A stretch of 64,000 nt of DNA from Acidobacteriota bacterium (GCA_965205505.1 CBDBHB010000006.1:64001-128000), one strand, 5' to 3'; counted from the stretch's first letter, positions 30,538 through 40,743 are shown. Notes: generated by a model from the letters alone, not told the origin. Numbers and translations are program-made.

Positions 30538-31401
30538 TCAGCTCAGCGGCACGACGCCCAGCACCCGTGTTGGCCCGCCGGTCCCGTCGGCGATCTTGAT
30601 CGGCAGCGCCAACAGCATCGCGCCGCTTTCCGGCAACGTGTCGAGATCGGTGAGGTTCTCGAGGTTGAAGATGTTTGCGGCCGCCAGGACACGGTGAGCA
30701 CGGAACGCGACATCGTTACCCGGATCGATGCTGGCGGTGTCGATGCCCACGCCCACGACGCTGCGATCGACGATCGCCTTTGCTGCCTCCGCCGAAACGC
30801 CGGGAAAATGCAGCGTCGTGGTGTCGAAGGCATCGTCACTGCCGTAGTAGCTGCTCCAGTTCGGCCAACGCTCTGACCAGCGGGTTCGCACCAGGAGGAT
30901 TGAGCCCTCCGGCATGGTTCCGTGGCGCGCCTCCCAGGCCGCCAGGTCGCTCGGCTGTAGGGTGGTGTCGATGTCCATCGCCGCGCGCTCGCTGATGTCC
31001 ACAACAACGGCAGGACCGAGGAAGCGATCGACGGGAATCTTCGCGCTCGTCCAGCCGGCGGCCGCGAAGTGGATGGGCGCATCCAGATGCGTGCCTAGAT
31101 GCTCGGGCGTAGAGAACCGAGCCATCGCGTACCAGTTTCCATCGGTGTCGAATTCCCACCCCTGCCGTTCGTGCTCGAACGGCTCGCCGTTGGGCCAGTA
31201 TAGGCTGTCGGGGCTCAGTGCGTGGGTCAGGTCGACGAGGTTCCAGCCGTCGTCGTCGCGCAGATCGAGCACCGAGGTGGCTTCGGGATCGCTAGCTGCA
31301 GGGTCGGCGCGGTCGGTGATCGCCATCATGGCGAGAGCGCCGGCTACGAGTCCGGCCAACGCCGCTATGACGACATATCGTGAGCTCGGGGCTGCTTGCA
31401 T
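30538..31401 (-). CDS. Cyclase / kynurenine formamidase family protein
   Basis: EHLGTHLDAPIHF, GIDTASID, LENL. Confidence 0.9.
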   Translation of the reverse strand: MQAAPSSRYVVIAALAGLVAGALAMMAITDRADPAASDPEATSVLDLRDDDGWNLVDLTHALSPDSLYWPNGEPFEHERQGWEFDTDGNWYAMARFSTPEHLGTHLDAPIHFAAAGWTSAKIPVDRFLGPAVVVDISERAAMDIDTTLQPSDLAAWEARHGTMPEGSILLVRTRWSERWPNWSSYYGSDDAFDTTTLHFPGVSAEAAKAIVDRSVVGVGIDTASIDPGNDVAFRAHRVLAAANIFNLENLTDLDTLPESGAMLLALPIKIADGTGGPTRVLGVVPLS

Positions 31402-31513
31402 GCGGGCCTCCCAGGTTGGGTATTGCACCGCTCAGGCTACAGCGAACGGCGGCATGATGACGAATCATGCGCACGCCTCGCTCACGTCGCTCTCTTCTTC
31501 GCCGACAACGAGT

Positions 31514-31891
31514 CTACGTTTCCGGCAGGATCTCGATGGCGTCGGGCAGGTTGGGCACCATGCAGAGGAATTCGAACGGTTCCTCGATTACCTCGTACGA
31601 GTGGGGGACACCCGCCGGGATGTAGACAGCGTCGTCGGCCTTTACCTCGTGTACAGCGTTGCCGATGGTGATTCGCGCACGGCCCTTCAGCACGTACTGC
31701 TCGTGTTCGACGGCGTTCGTGTGCCGCGGCATGCCGCCGCCTGCGCCCATCACGAAGCGCCGCATGGCGAAGTTAGGGGCGCCGTGCTCGGTGCCGATCA
31801 ATACCTGGGTTCGAGTCGCGGTACCCGCCGGGACCTCGGTGAGCGCCACGTCGGTGCTGCGCCGCACCCTGCCAGTCTGCGGCTCAGCCAT
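31514..31891 (-). CDS. Cupin domain protein
   Basis: PRHTNAVEHEQYVL...IPAGVPH. Confidence 0.88.
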   Translation of the reverse strand: MAEPQTGRVRRSTDVALTEVPAGTATRTQVLIGTEHGAPNFAMRRFVMGAGGGMPRHTNAVEHEQYVLKGRARITIGNAVHEVKADDAVYIPAGVPHSYEVIEEPFEFLCMVPNLPDAIEILPET

Positions 31892-33008
31892 CGCTTTCTC
31901 TTGCCACGATGCCCACCGGGGCCTGGCGGATGTATAGGTCACGCTTGGGGTAGGGGATCTCGATGCCCGCAGCATTGAATCGCAGCTTTATCTGCTCGGT
32001 GATGGTGTCCTCGACGGCGCGGCGCTGGCGTCCGTCCTTGAGCCAGACGCGCAGCTCGAGGTCAACCGACGAGGCGCCGAAGGCACGCAGGATGCACACT
32101 GACTTCGGCGATTTCTCTACCTGCTCATTGTCGGCCGCGACCTCGAGGCACAGTTTCTTCGCTTCCTCGACATCGGCGTCGTAGCCGATACCTATGGGGA
32201 TGCGCAGGCGGATCGTCGGGCCCGAGGCGGTGTAGTTGATGATGTCGCGCTGCATGATCTGGTTGTTCGGAATGATGATCAGGATATTGTCCGGTGTGCG
32301 TATCTTCGTGGCGCGGATTCCGATCTCGGTAACATCGCCCCACGTCGACTGACGGGCCGGCGCGCTCCACAGCTCGATGCGATCGCCGACCTCGAAGGGG
32401 CGGTCCAGAATCAACAGCACGCCGGCGATGAGGTTGGATAGCGTGTCCTTGGCTGCGAACGAGATCGCCACCCCGGCGATGCTCGCCCCGGCCAGTAGGG
32501 GCGTTATGTCGATGTTCATGTTGAAGAGCGCCAACAGCGCTGCCGTGCCGACGATGACCCCGGTGATAGTCCGGTTGATCCACGGTAGTGCGGTATCGTC
32601 GAGCTTGGTTCCGGTCTTCGCCAGGTTGGTCTCGAGGACTTTGATGAGGGCGCCGGCCGCACGACTTATCGGCAAGCTGAGGCCGACGATCCAGGCTCCG
32701 CCGACAACGGCGGCCATCGTCGGGAGGTTCCAGATCAGCGCCACTCGCCATACGGCCCAGAAGCCGACAGACATCAGCACCAGCCGGCGTACGAGCTCCA
32801 CGACGATGTCGTCCAGAGTGGTCTCGGTGCGCGATGCAAAGCGTGACTCGAGTCGTCGCAGGAGCCAGCGTGCCAGGTAGTACACGATCCCCGCGGCAAG
32901 CAGCTGCAGGCCGCTCTGGATCAAGCGCGGTAGCAGGAACTGGATGGTTGCGTCGAGCCATGCTCGGTAGTCGATGCTCGAGAAGTCGAAACCTAGAAAG
33001 TCGCTCAT
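31884..33008 (-). CDS. MscS family mechanosensitive channel
   Basis: FAAKDTLSNLIAG, PFEVGDRI, IGIRATKI, IPN, GIEIPYP. Confidence 0.92.
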   Translation of the reverse strand: MSDFLGFDFSSIDYRAWLDATIQFLLPRLIQSGLQLLAAGIVYYLARWLLRRLESRFASRTETTLDDIVVELVRRLVLMSVGFWAVWRVALIWNLPTMAAVVGGAWIVGLSLPISRAAGALIKVLETNLAKTGTKLDDTALPWINRTITGVIVGTAALLALFNMNIDITPLLAGASIAGVAISFAAKDTLSNLIAGVLLILDRPFEVGDRIELWSAPARQSTWGDVTEIGIRATKIRTPDNILIIIPNNQIMQRDIINYTASGPTIRLRIPIGIGYDADVEEAKKLCLEVAADNEQVEKSPKSVCILRAFGASSVDLELRVWLKDGRQRRAVEDTITEQIKLRFNAAGIEIPYPKRDLYIRQAPVGIVARESDG

Positions 33009-33114
33009 CGGTCCCACCGGCAGAGAATGTTTGCGAGTGTCGCGCAACGTTGCCGCATCGCCCCCCCCCACACAAGTGGCTGCAGGCTCGCCTCGCATCA
33101 CCCAATCTGTTTCG

Positions 33115-33753
33115 ATGACCACGCCCGCTCGGCTCCGCGCCGCGGAGACCCACCTGAGTCGCGTCGATCCGGTAATGCGCTCTGTCATCGGGGAGATCGG
33201 CCCATGTGGCCTCGAACGCTACTGGCGCCGGCGAGCGTTGCCGGCGCTGTTCCAGACGATCATCGGCCAGCAGATCTCGGTACACGCGGCACGTAGCATC
33301 CACGGCCGGTTCCGCGCCCTGTACGGCGGCCGCGATCCTTCCGCTCGACAGCTGTTGTCGACCTCCGAGAAGGATCTGCGAGCGGCCGGCCTTTCGCGTG
33401 GGAAGGTCGCCTATCTGCGCGACCTTGCTTGCCGGGTGTCGCGTCGACAGCTCAGCCTGCCCTCTCTGGAGCGCCTCCCGGACGAGGAGGTGATTGACAC
33501 GCTCATGCAGGTCAAGGGGGTCGGTCGCTGGACCGCGGAGGTGTTCATGATCTTCCGACTCGGACGGTTGGATATGCTTCCGGTCGACGACATCGGGCTG
33601 CTCGACGGCGCCCAGGTACTGTACGGTTTGCCGCAGCGTCCACAGGGAGACGAGCTGCGCAAGATCTCCGAGCCCTGGCGCCCCTATCGTTCGGTAGGAT
33701 GTTGGTTCCTGTGGCAAGGTCGTCGGCGGGCCAGAGGGATGGAGCTTCGATGA
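33115..33753 (+). CDS. DNA-3-methyladenine glycosylase II (AlkA family)
   Basis: IIGQQIS, GLSRGK, HhH motif VKGVGRWTAE, LPVDD, WRPYRS. Confidence 0.92.
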   Translation: MTTPARLRAAETHLSRVDPVMRSVIGEIGPCGLERYWRRRALPALFQTIIGQQISVHAARSIHGRFRALYGGRDPSARQLLSTSEKDLRAAGLSRGKVAYLRDLACRVSRRQLSLPSLERLPDEEVIDTLMQVKGVGRWTAEVFMIFRLGRLDMLPVDDIGLLDGAQVLYGLPQRPQGDELRKISEPWRPYRSVGCWFLWQGRRRARGMELR

Positions 33754-34892
33754 CGCTCATCGGTGCGACGGGCCCGACGTGTGCTTCAATCCGGTCGGTC
33801 GAGCTATCGCCCCGGCGCCGGGATGCTTGGCCGCGTTCGTTCGTGGTCGCCATTGTGGTCCCCATCCTGGCGTTGGTTACCTCACCTGCCGATCGGACGG
33901 CCGCCGAGGCGGTGGCAGCGTCGAGTCGCGGCGTGCCGCAACGGCTGCCGCTTTCGGTCGACAGCTGGGGGTATCAGCTCCAGGAGTTCGACCTGCCGGC
34001 GCTCGCCGCGTCGGCCTTCGGCGCCCTTGTCATCGACTATTCGACCACCGGCGACGCATCAGGCGAGCTGACCGCCGCACAGGTCAATGCGCTGCGCGCC
34101 GGACCCTGCGGCCAACGAGCGGTGCTCGCCTACCTGAGCATTGGCGAGGCCGAGAGCTACAGGTACTACTTCGATGCGGCCTGGCTCGACGCTGTCGGGG
34201 ATCCTGGCGCCGGCGCGCCGGCGTTTCTCGGTCCCACAAATCCCGACTGGGAGGACAACTACAAGGCGCGCTACTGGTTGCGCGCCTGGCAGCGGGTGCT
34301 GTTCGGCAACGCTTCGGGGCCCGACAGGAGCTACGTCGACCGCATTATCGACGTCGGATTCGACGGTGTATACCTGGACATCGTCGATGCCTACGAGTTC
34401 TGGGGTCCTTCGGAGATCGGTGGCAACGACGAGCGCCGCCGCGCCCCGGCCGACATGATCAAGCTGGTGCGCCGACTGGCCAAGTACGCGCGCAAGACCC
34501 GTGGATTATCCGGTTTCTTGGTGGTGCCGCAGAACGGTGCGGGCATTATCGATTCCGAGACTTATCCCGACGCCGACAACCCGGACAACGAAGCCGCGCG
34601 TCAGCGGCGAGCGTACTTCAAGGCGATCGACGCTATTGGTGCCGAGGACACCTTCTACTTCGGCGCCCGGGATGAGAACAATGGTCTTCACCTGCAGCGG
34701 TTCACGATCGAGCTACTCGACGTGTTCGCCGCCGCTGGGAAGTCGGTGCTGGCGATCGACTACCTCACGCAGCGCGGCAAGATCGATCGTTTCTGGGAGC
34801 TGGCGTCGGAGCGCGGCTACGTCCCGTACGTCTCGCGGCGGGAGCTCGACAGGCTATCGATTCCCGCCGGCCACGCCCCGGCGTGCGACTGA
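33750..34892 (+). CDS. GH114-like endo-alpha-1,4-polygalactosaminidase family protein
   Basis: WGYQLQ, AYLSIGEAESYRYY, GFDGVYLDIVDAY, PQNG. Confidence 0.85.
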   Translation: MTLIGATGPTCASIRSVELSPRRRDAWPRSFVVAIVVPILALVTSPADRTAAEAVAASSRGVPQRLPLSVDSWGYQLQEFDLPALAASAFGALVIDYSTTGDASGELTAAQVNALRAGPCGQRAVLAYLSIGEAESYRYYFDAAWLDAVGDPGAGAPAFLGPTNPDWEDNYKARYWLRAWQRVLFGNASGPDRSYVDRIIDVGFDGVYLDIVDAYEFWGPSEIGGNDERRRAPADMIKLVRRLAKYARKTRGLSGFLVVPQNGAGIIDSETYPDADNPDNEAARQRRAYFKAIDAIGAEDTFYFGARDENNGLHLQRFTIELLDVFAAAGKSVLAIDYLTQRGKIDRFWELASERGYVPYVSRRELDRLSIPAGHAPACD

Positions 34893-34947
34893 TGGGGGCC
34901 GCCTACCCGGCTCGTGTCGGGCTCGCGTTGGCCCACCGGCGCCTCTC

Positions 34948-35682
34948 ATGAGCGCCGCCGCTTGGACGGCGCTCGATCGGGAGATCGTTGACTGTCGCCT
35001 TTGCCCGCGGCTCGTCGAGCACCGCGAGCGCATGGCACGCGATAAGCGCGCCGCCTACCGCGACCAGGAGTACTGGGGACGCCCGGTTACCGGATTCGGC
35101 GACCGGCGAGCGCGGCTGGTGCTCGTCGGTTTGGCGCCCGGAGCGCACGGCTCGAACCGTACCGGCCGGATGTTCACCGGCGACCGATCTGGCGACTGGC
35201 TATTCCGGGCCCTGTACGAGACCGGGTTCGCGAGCCAGCCCGACGCCAGCCACCAGAACGACGGGTTGACACTCCACGACGCGTTCATCACCGCCGCCAA
35301 CCGCTGCGCCCCGCCCGGAAACAAGCCCACGCCAGCCGAGCGGGAGGCGTGCCGCCCATTTCTGGAGCGCGAGCTCGATCTGCTCGACGCCGCACGCGGA
35401 GTCGAGGTCATCGTGGCACTGGGCCAGTTCGCCTACGACCATTCGCTGCGGCTGCTACGCGAGCGCGGCGCCCTGGTACAGCGGCCCAAGCCGAAGTTCG
35501 GGCACGGACGCACTACCGTGGTCGGTGCCGCGAGCCTTGCCGGGCGCTTCCCACGCGGCGCCGTGGAGGTGATCGCTTCGTATCATCCCAGCCAGCAGAA
35601 TACCTTCACCGGCAAGCTGACGCTCGAGATGCTGGTCGAGGTATTCGAGAGGGCGCGCAACGCCATCGAGGCGGCTCGCTAA
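34948..35682 (+). CDS. Uracil-DNA glycosylase, family 5 (UdgB-like)
   Basis: CRLCPRL, GLAPGAHGSNRTGRMFTGDRSG, HPSQQN. Confidence 0.92.
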   Translation: MSAAAWTALDREIVDCRLCPRLVEHRERMARDKRAAYRDQEYWGRPVTGFGDRRARLVLVGLAPGAHGSNRTGRMFTGDRSGDWLFRALYETGFASQPDASHQNDGLTLHDAFITAANRCAPPGNKPTPAEREACRPFLERELDLLDAARGVEVIVALGQFAYDHSLRLLRERGALVQRPKPKFGHGRTTVVGAASLAGRFPRGAVEVIASYHPSQQNTFTGKLTLEMLVEVFERARNAIEAAR

Positions 35683-35731
35683 CAGGCCACGCTTCCACCA
35701 CCGCCTGCTGGTGTCCTGACTCAGGACACTA
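35679..35731. repeat. Degenerate REP-like copy fused to a collapsed MITE-end palindrome
   Basis: CTAACAGGC...GCCTGCTGG followed by GTGTCCTGACTCAGGACACTA, matching the MITE terminal repeat. Confidence 0.65.
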
Positions 35732-37540
35732 TCTCGAGTCCTCGTCGGTCCGCAGGACCGAGAGGAACGCTGCTTGTGGGATCTCCACCTGCCCGAACAT
35801 TCGTGCCCGTTTCTTGCCTGCTTTTTGCCGCTCGAGCAGCTTTCGTTTGCGGGTGATGTCGCCGCCGTAGCACTTGGCGGTGACGTCCTTGCGGAAGGCG
35901 TTGATGTTCTTGCGGGCGATGATGTCCCGCCCGATGGTGCCTTGGATGGGGATCTTGAAGTTGTGGCGCGGGATCGTCTTCGACAGCTGTTCACAGGCGT
36001 GCAGGGCACGAGCCCGCGCTTTCTCGCGGTGCACCAGCATACTGAGCGCGTCGACGCGTTCGGCGTTCACCAGAATGTCCACTTTCACCAGATCGGTCTG
36101 CCGGTAGTCCGTGACCTCGTAGTCGAACGAGCCGTAGCCCTGGGTCATGGACTTCAGTCGATCGTAGAAGTCGAACAGCACCTCGGCGAGCGGAAGGTCA
36201 GCTGTAACATCGACGCGCCCCACCGCCAGATAGTCGAACTTGATGTTCTCGCCTCGTCTGTCCCGAAGTAGGTCCATGACCGGCCCAAGATAGCGGTCGG
36301 GCATGAGGATGGACGCTTTGATAAACGGCTCCTCGACCCGCTCGATCAGCGACGGGTCGGGATAGTCAGCCGGGTTCTCGATTGCTGTCTGTTCACCGGC
36401 CGCGGTGGTGACGTGGTACTCCACCGACGGCGCGGTCAGCAGCAGCGACAGCCCGTACTCTCGAGTTAGCCGCTCCTGCACGATCTCCAGGTGGAGCATG
36501 CCGAGAAACCCGCATCGATAGCCGAACCCGAGCGCATTCGAGGAGTCCTTCTGGAAGGTGAGAGCGGCGTCATTGAGCTTGAGCTTGTCGATTGCCTTGC
36601 TGAGGTCCTCGTACTCGTCGGCCTGCATCGGATACATCGATGAAAACACCACCGGCTTGGCAGGCACGTAGCCGAGCAGCGACTCGTCGGCCGGGTTGTC
36701 CACATGGGTCAAGGTGTCGCCGACCTCGATGTCGCTGACCGACTTCACCCCCGCGATGATGTAGCCTACGTCGCCGGCGGCCAGCTGTTCGCCCTTCACG
36801 CGGCCCAGCTTCAGCAGCCCGATCTCCTCGATCTCGTAGTTGGCTTCACCGTGCATCAGACGAACTCGATCGCCGGGGCGGAGCGTTCCGTCGAAGACGC
36901 GCGCCAGCATGATCACTCCGCGGTAGGCGTCATAGGAGGCGTCGAATATAAGAGCCTTCAGCGGTGCCTCCGTATCGCCGGTGGGAGGCGGTAGCTTCTG
37001 CACGATGGCCTCGAGCACGTCGTGGATACCGAGTCCCTCCTTGGCCGATGTGAGAACCGCCTCGAACGGATCGAGGCCGAGGTCTTCGTCGATCTGCTCG
37101 CGCACGCGCTCTGGATCGGCCGCCGGCAGGTCGATCTTGTTGATCACCGGCACGATCTCCAGATCGTGCTCGAGCGCCAGGTAGAGGTTGGCGACGGTCT
37201 GCGCTTCGACCCCCTGGGCAGCGTCGATCAGCAGTAGTGCCCCCTCGCAAGACATCAGCGAGCGCCGGACCTCGTGCGAGAAGTCGACGTGCCCGGGCGT
37301 ATCGATCAGGTTGAGCTCGTACGTCGTCCCGTCGTCGGCGGCGTAGGAAAGCGTGATGGTGTTGCTCTTGATGGTGATGCCGCGCTCTTGCTCGATGTCC
37401 ATGGTGTCGAGCATTTGGTCGTGGAACTCGCGCTCCGACACCGCGCCGCAGGCCTGCAACAGTCGATCGGCAAGAGTCGACTTGCCGTGATCGACATGGG
37501 CGATGATACAGAAATCACGGATGTGCGAGAGGTCGGTCAT
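35729..37540 (-). CDS. lepA: Translation elongation factor 4
   Basis: AHVDHGKSTLADRL, DTPGHVDF, CGFLGMLH, AKCYGGDITRKRKLL. Confidence 0.97.
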   Translation of the reverse strand: MTDLSHIRDFCIIAHVDHGKSTLADRLLQACGAVSEREFHDQMLDTMDIEQERGITIKSNTITLSYAADDGTTYELNLIDTPGHVDFSHEVRRSLMSCEGALLLIDAAQGVEAQTVANLYLALEHDLEIVPVINKIDLPAADPERVREQIDEDLGLDPFEAVLTSAKEGLGIHDVLEAIVQKLPPPTGDTEAPLKALIFDASYDAYRGVIMLARVFDGTLRPGDRVRLMHGEANYEIEEIGLLKLGRVKGEQLAAGDVGYIIAGVKSVSDIEVGDTLTHVDNPADESLLGYVPAKPVVFSSMYPMQADEYEDLSKAIDKLKLNDAALTFQKDSSNALGFGYRCGFLGMLHLEIVQERLTREYGLSLLLTAPSVEYHVTTAAGEQTAIENPADYPDPSLIERVEEPFIKASILMPDRYLGPVMDLLRDRRGENIKFDYLAVGRVDVTADLPLAEVLFDFYDRLKSMTQGYGSFDYEVTDYRQTDLVKVDILVNAERVDALSMLVHREKARARALHACEQLSKTIPRHNFKIPIQGTIGRDIIARKNINAFRKDVTAKCYGGDITRKRKLLERQKAGKKRARMFGQVEIPQAAFLSVLRTDEDSR

Positions 37541-37634
37541 CGGTGGTTGGATTGTACCGGGGTTGAACTGTGCCGGTCGTCGGGCGCATATTGAACAGGG
37601 CTACGAATTGCTGCCCCACCGAGGAGAGGCCATC

Positions 37635-37883
37635 GTGAACATCGGTCGCAACGAACCCTGCCCATGCGGCAGCGGTGAGAAATACAAGAGGTGCTGCGAA
37701 GGCAAGGCAACACAGGGTCAGAAGCTATGGCGCGGCCTCGCCGTGCTCATCGCCCTGATCGTCATCCTGGTAACCGTGGGTATCATCCGCGGAGGCTCCC
37801 AGGCCGAGGACGTGCCGCCCGGGCGAGTTTGGTCGCCGGAGCACGGCCACTGGCATGACGCCACGGGTACAGGGACCCAGTAG
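37635..37883 (+). CDS. SEC-C motif membrane protein
   Basis: GRNEPCPCGSGEKYKRCC, one TM helix, VWSPEHGHWH; SD GAGGAG. Confidence 0.8.
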   Translation: MNIGRNEPCPCGSGEKYKRCCEGKATQGQKLWRGLAVLIALIVILVTVGIIRGGSQAEDVPPGRVWSPEHGHWHDATGTGTQ

Positions 37884-38009
37884 CAGAGATGCAAAATCGG
37901 TCTCGGTAACCAGCTCGCCTTGCGCCGCCTCAGCGGCCGAGCCGCTGCCTCGCCGGCGATCTCGACACACGATGGTTGGTCGAGGCCCTGTCGGTGGTAA
38001 ATTGCCGGC

Positions 38010-38189
38010 ATGAGCAAGAAAACCACAATTCTGGCGGGGCTTGCTGCCACTCTCGGCTCTGTTGTCATCGCGGGTAGCGTCTTCGCCTCGTCGTCGGCCC
38101 AGACGTCGTTCCACGTCTTGTTCAACGCCCTGTTGGCGGGCGACATCGAGGTCGATGTCGAGGGCGCGCGCGCCTCATCCACCAGATGA
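38010..38189 (+). CDS. Small putative exported protein (59 aa), not in the ORF track
   Basis: MSKKTTILAGLAATLGSVVIAGSVFA signal-like N-terminus; ATGA overlap with rsgA. Confidence 0.45.
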   Translation: MSKKTTILAGLAATLGSVVIAGSVFASSSAQTSFHVLFNALLAGDIEVDVEGARASSTR

Positions 38190-39274
38190 GCGCCGGAGCC
38201 GAGCCGATCTCGGTTGGTCGGTTACAGGACTGGGGTTGGAGCGACGAGGTTTCCGCCGGCCTCGGGGAGGACGAAAAGCGGCCCCCGGCTCGGGTGATCG
38301 CCCAGCACCGCGGCGAGTACCGACTCATTGCCCCCTGGGGCGAGGCGACCGGTGTGGCGCCCGGACGCATGCTCTACCGTGCCACCGGCCGCCGCGAGCT
38401 GCCCGCCGTCGGTGACTTCGTGTTGATCGACCCTCAGACCGATGGTCCGGCGACGATCGTCGAGATCCTGCCGCGCAGGACGCAGTTCGTCCGTCGCAAG
38501 TCAGGCACCGAAAGCCAGGAGCAGGTCGTGGCGGCGAACGTCGACGTCGCTTTCCTCCTGACCTCGTTGAACCAGGAGCTCAACCCGCGACGCGTCGAAC
38601 GCTACCTCGTTGCGGCCCGGGAGAGCGGCGCACGGCCGGTGGTCGTGTTAACCAAGCTGGATCAGTGCGACGATATCGAGGCCGCGTTAGCGTGGGTCGG
38701 TCCAGCGACGGCCGGTGCCCCGGTGGTGGCGGTGAGCTCAGTGACCGGAGAGGGCATTGACGAGCTGCGTCGCCACCTGCGCCCCGGATGCACGGTGGTG
38801 TTGCTGGGCTCGTCGGGGGTCGGCAAGTCCACGCTGGTGAACACCCTCGCCGGCGAGGAGCTGCTGCGCACCCAGGAGATTCGCGAGGCCGACGACAAGG
38901 GCCGCCACACCACCACCCACCGCGAGATCTTCCGTATGCCCGACGGCGTACTGGTGCTCGATACGCCCGGGATGCGTGAGCTCGGCCTGGTCGAGGCCGA
39001 GGATGGCCTCGAGGAGACCTTCGACGACGTGGCGGCAATCATCGATGGCTGCCGTTTCCGCGATTGCACCCACGCCGACGAGCCCGGTTGTGCGATCCGC
39101 GAGGCCGTCGGGTCAGGCGTCATATCGATGCAACGATGGGATAGCTACCAGAAGCTGCAAAAGGAGCTTTCCTACGAGGAGCGACGTCGCGACCTCGGCG
39201 CGGCGCTGGCCGAAAAGAGCAAGTGGAGGCAGATCCAGCGCGACTATCGCAAGCGTCCCAAGAAGGGCCGCTGA
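38186..39274 (+). CDS. rsgA: Ribosome small subunit-dependent GTPase A
   Basis: AANVD, TKLD, GSSGVGKSTL, GRHTT, DTPG, CRFRDCTH..EPGC. Confidence 0.95.
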   Translation: MSAGAEPISVGRLQDWGWSDEVSAGLGEDEKRPPARVIAQHRGEYRLIAPWGEATGVAPGRMLYRATGRRELPAVGDFVLIDPQTDGPATIVEILPRRTQFVRRKSGTESQEQVVAANVDVAFLLTSLNQELNPRRVERYLVAARESGARPVVVLTKLDQCDDIEAALAWVGPATAGAPVVAVSSVTGEGIDELRRHLRPGCTVVLLGSSGVGKSTLVNTLAGEELLRTQEIREADDKGRHTTTHREIFRMPDGVLVLDTPGMRELGLVEAEDGLEETFDDVAAIIDGCRFRDCTHADEPGCAIREAVGSGVISMQRWDSYQKLQKELSYEERRRDLGAALAEKSKWRQIQRDYRKRPKKGR

Positions 39275-39318
39275 ACGTCGCGCCGGTTCCGTCGGTTCAG
39301 CGGGCGCGACGCGCCGTA

Positions 39319-39353
39319 AGCAGGCCCGCCGCACTTCCACCACGGCCTGCTAG
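39319..39353. repeat. REP-like repeat flanking the IS110 left end
   Basis: AGCAGGCC...GGCCTGCTAG, near-identical to 58948-58984. Confidence 0.75.
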
Positions 39354-39450
39354 AGGAGATGAGAAGGCCAACCTCCTGAACGCAGTAGCCTGACGGCTCT
39401 GCAAACGTTTCTTCAAACGTAACGGGCTCGAAGCCCAAGGAGGTTGGCCG

Positions 39451-40497
39451 ATGACAAGTGTAACGATTGGACTGGACGTAAGCGACCGGTACAGCCGTAT
39501 GTGCGTGCTCGACAGTAAGGGCAGGGTGATGGAGGAAGGGCGGGTGAGGACGAGCCCGGAGGGGCTGGCGAGGCGGTTCGGGTGCGAGGAGCCCGCTCGA
39601 GTAGTGCTGGAGGTTGGAACGCACTCGCCGTGGATGAGTGAGCAGTTGAAGCAACTGGGTCATGAGGTGCTGGTGGCTAACCCGAGGCGGCTGAAGCTGA
39701 TCTATGGCGAGCACGACAAGACCGACCGGTTGGATGCCGAGCACCTGGCACGAGTGGGCAGAATGGACCCAAAGCTGCTTAAGACGGTGCAGCATCGAGG
39801 CAGACAAGCGCGAGCGGATCTAGCCGTGATTCGGAGCCGAGATGCTCTGGTAAAGAGCTGCACGCAGTTGGTGAGCCATGTGCGTGGTGCGGTCAAGTCG
39901 GCCGGTTGTCGTATTCCCAGGTGCTCGACGCCGGCGTTCGCGCGCACCGCGCCAGAGCACATACCGGAGCGGCTCAAGGGAGCGCTCGAGCCGGTGCTTG
40001 AAACGATCGCCATGCTGACGGGCAACATCCAGCAATACGAGCGTCAGATCGTGCAGCTGTGCCAGGGGCGATACCCGGAGACACAGCAGCTCCAGCAAGT
40101 GGCCGGGGTCGGAGCTCTGACCGCACTGGCATATGTGCTGACGCTCGAGGAGCCGGAGCGGTTCAATACCTCCAGAGCCGTGGGCCCGTACCTGGGGCTG
40201 AGACCGAAGAAACGGCAGTCGGGGGACAAGGACCCTGCGCTACGAATAACCAAGGCGGGCGACAAAATGCTCCGACGCCTGTTGGTGGGCTCGGCGCATT
40301 ACATCCTGGGCCCCTTCGGGCCCGATACTGAGCTCAGACGCTGGGGGCTCAAGCTGGCCGGACGCGGTGGTCCTCATGGCAACAAAAAGGCAGCAGTTGC
40401 TGTCGCCCGTAAGCTCGCCGTTGTGCTGCACCGACTGTGGCTGAGTGGAGACGAGTACGAACCGTTGCGCGCACCTGTAGAGGTTTCAGCAGCATGA
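39451..40497 (+). CDS. IS110 family transposase/recombinase
   Basis: DEDD motifs GLDV, VLEVG, KTDRLDA; C-terminal GVG, YLGL.P...QSG, AVARKL. Confidence 0.96.
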   Translation: MTSVTIGLDVSDRYSRMCVLDSKGRVMEEGRVRTSPEGLARRFGCEEPARVVLEVGTHSPWMSEQLKQLGHEVLVANPRRLKLIYGEHDKTDRLDAEHLARVGRMDPKLLKTVQHRGRQARADLAVIRSRDALVKSCTQLVSHVRGAVKSAGCRIPRCSTPAFARTAPEHIPERLKGALEPVLETIAMLTGNIQQYERQIVQLCQGRYPETQQLQQVAGVGALTALAYVLTLEEPERFNTSRAVGPYLGLRPKKRQSGDKDPALRITKAGDKMLRRLLVGSAHYILGPFGPDTELRRWGLKLAGRGGPHGNKKAAVAVARKLAVVLHRLWLSGDEYEPLRAPVEVSAA

Positions 40498-40743
40498 ACT
40501 AACCCGCAACCAGGAGGTCGGTAGGGCGACGCGACCCAACGGTTATCGATCTGACCGCCCGGTCCGGGCGACTGCGAAGGTCACTACGAGCTTCGAGCTC
40601 GGCAGCTAGATTGCAGCGCCTCGAATCGGGACGGACCCCAGAATGCACCGGACGACCTGAATCCTCGTCCACCAGAGTGCGAATAGGAGCATGGCGTGCA
40701 GATCGATTCTTCGCTGGCCACCACATTGCCCTTGACCGAACTA
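40498..40743 (+). ncRNA. Putative bridge/seek RNA in the IS right end
   Basis: Non-coding end with an internal loop (40572-40616) whose strands match the reconstructed target; boundaries approximate. Confidence 0.65.

Noticed and set aside
33061-33069. Poly-C tract as a phase-variation site
   Set aside because: Intergenic once true starts are used; nine C in GC-rich DNA is weak evidence
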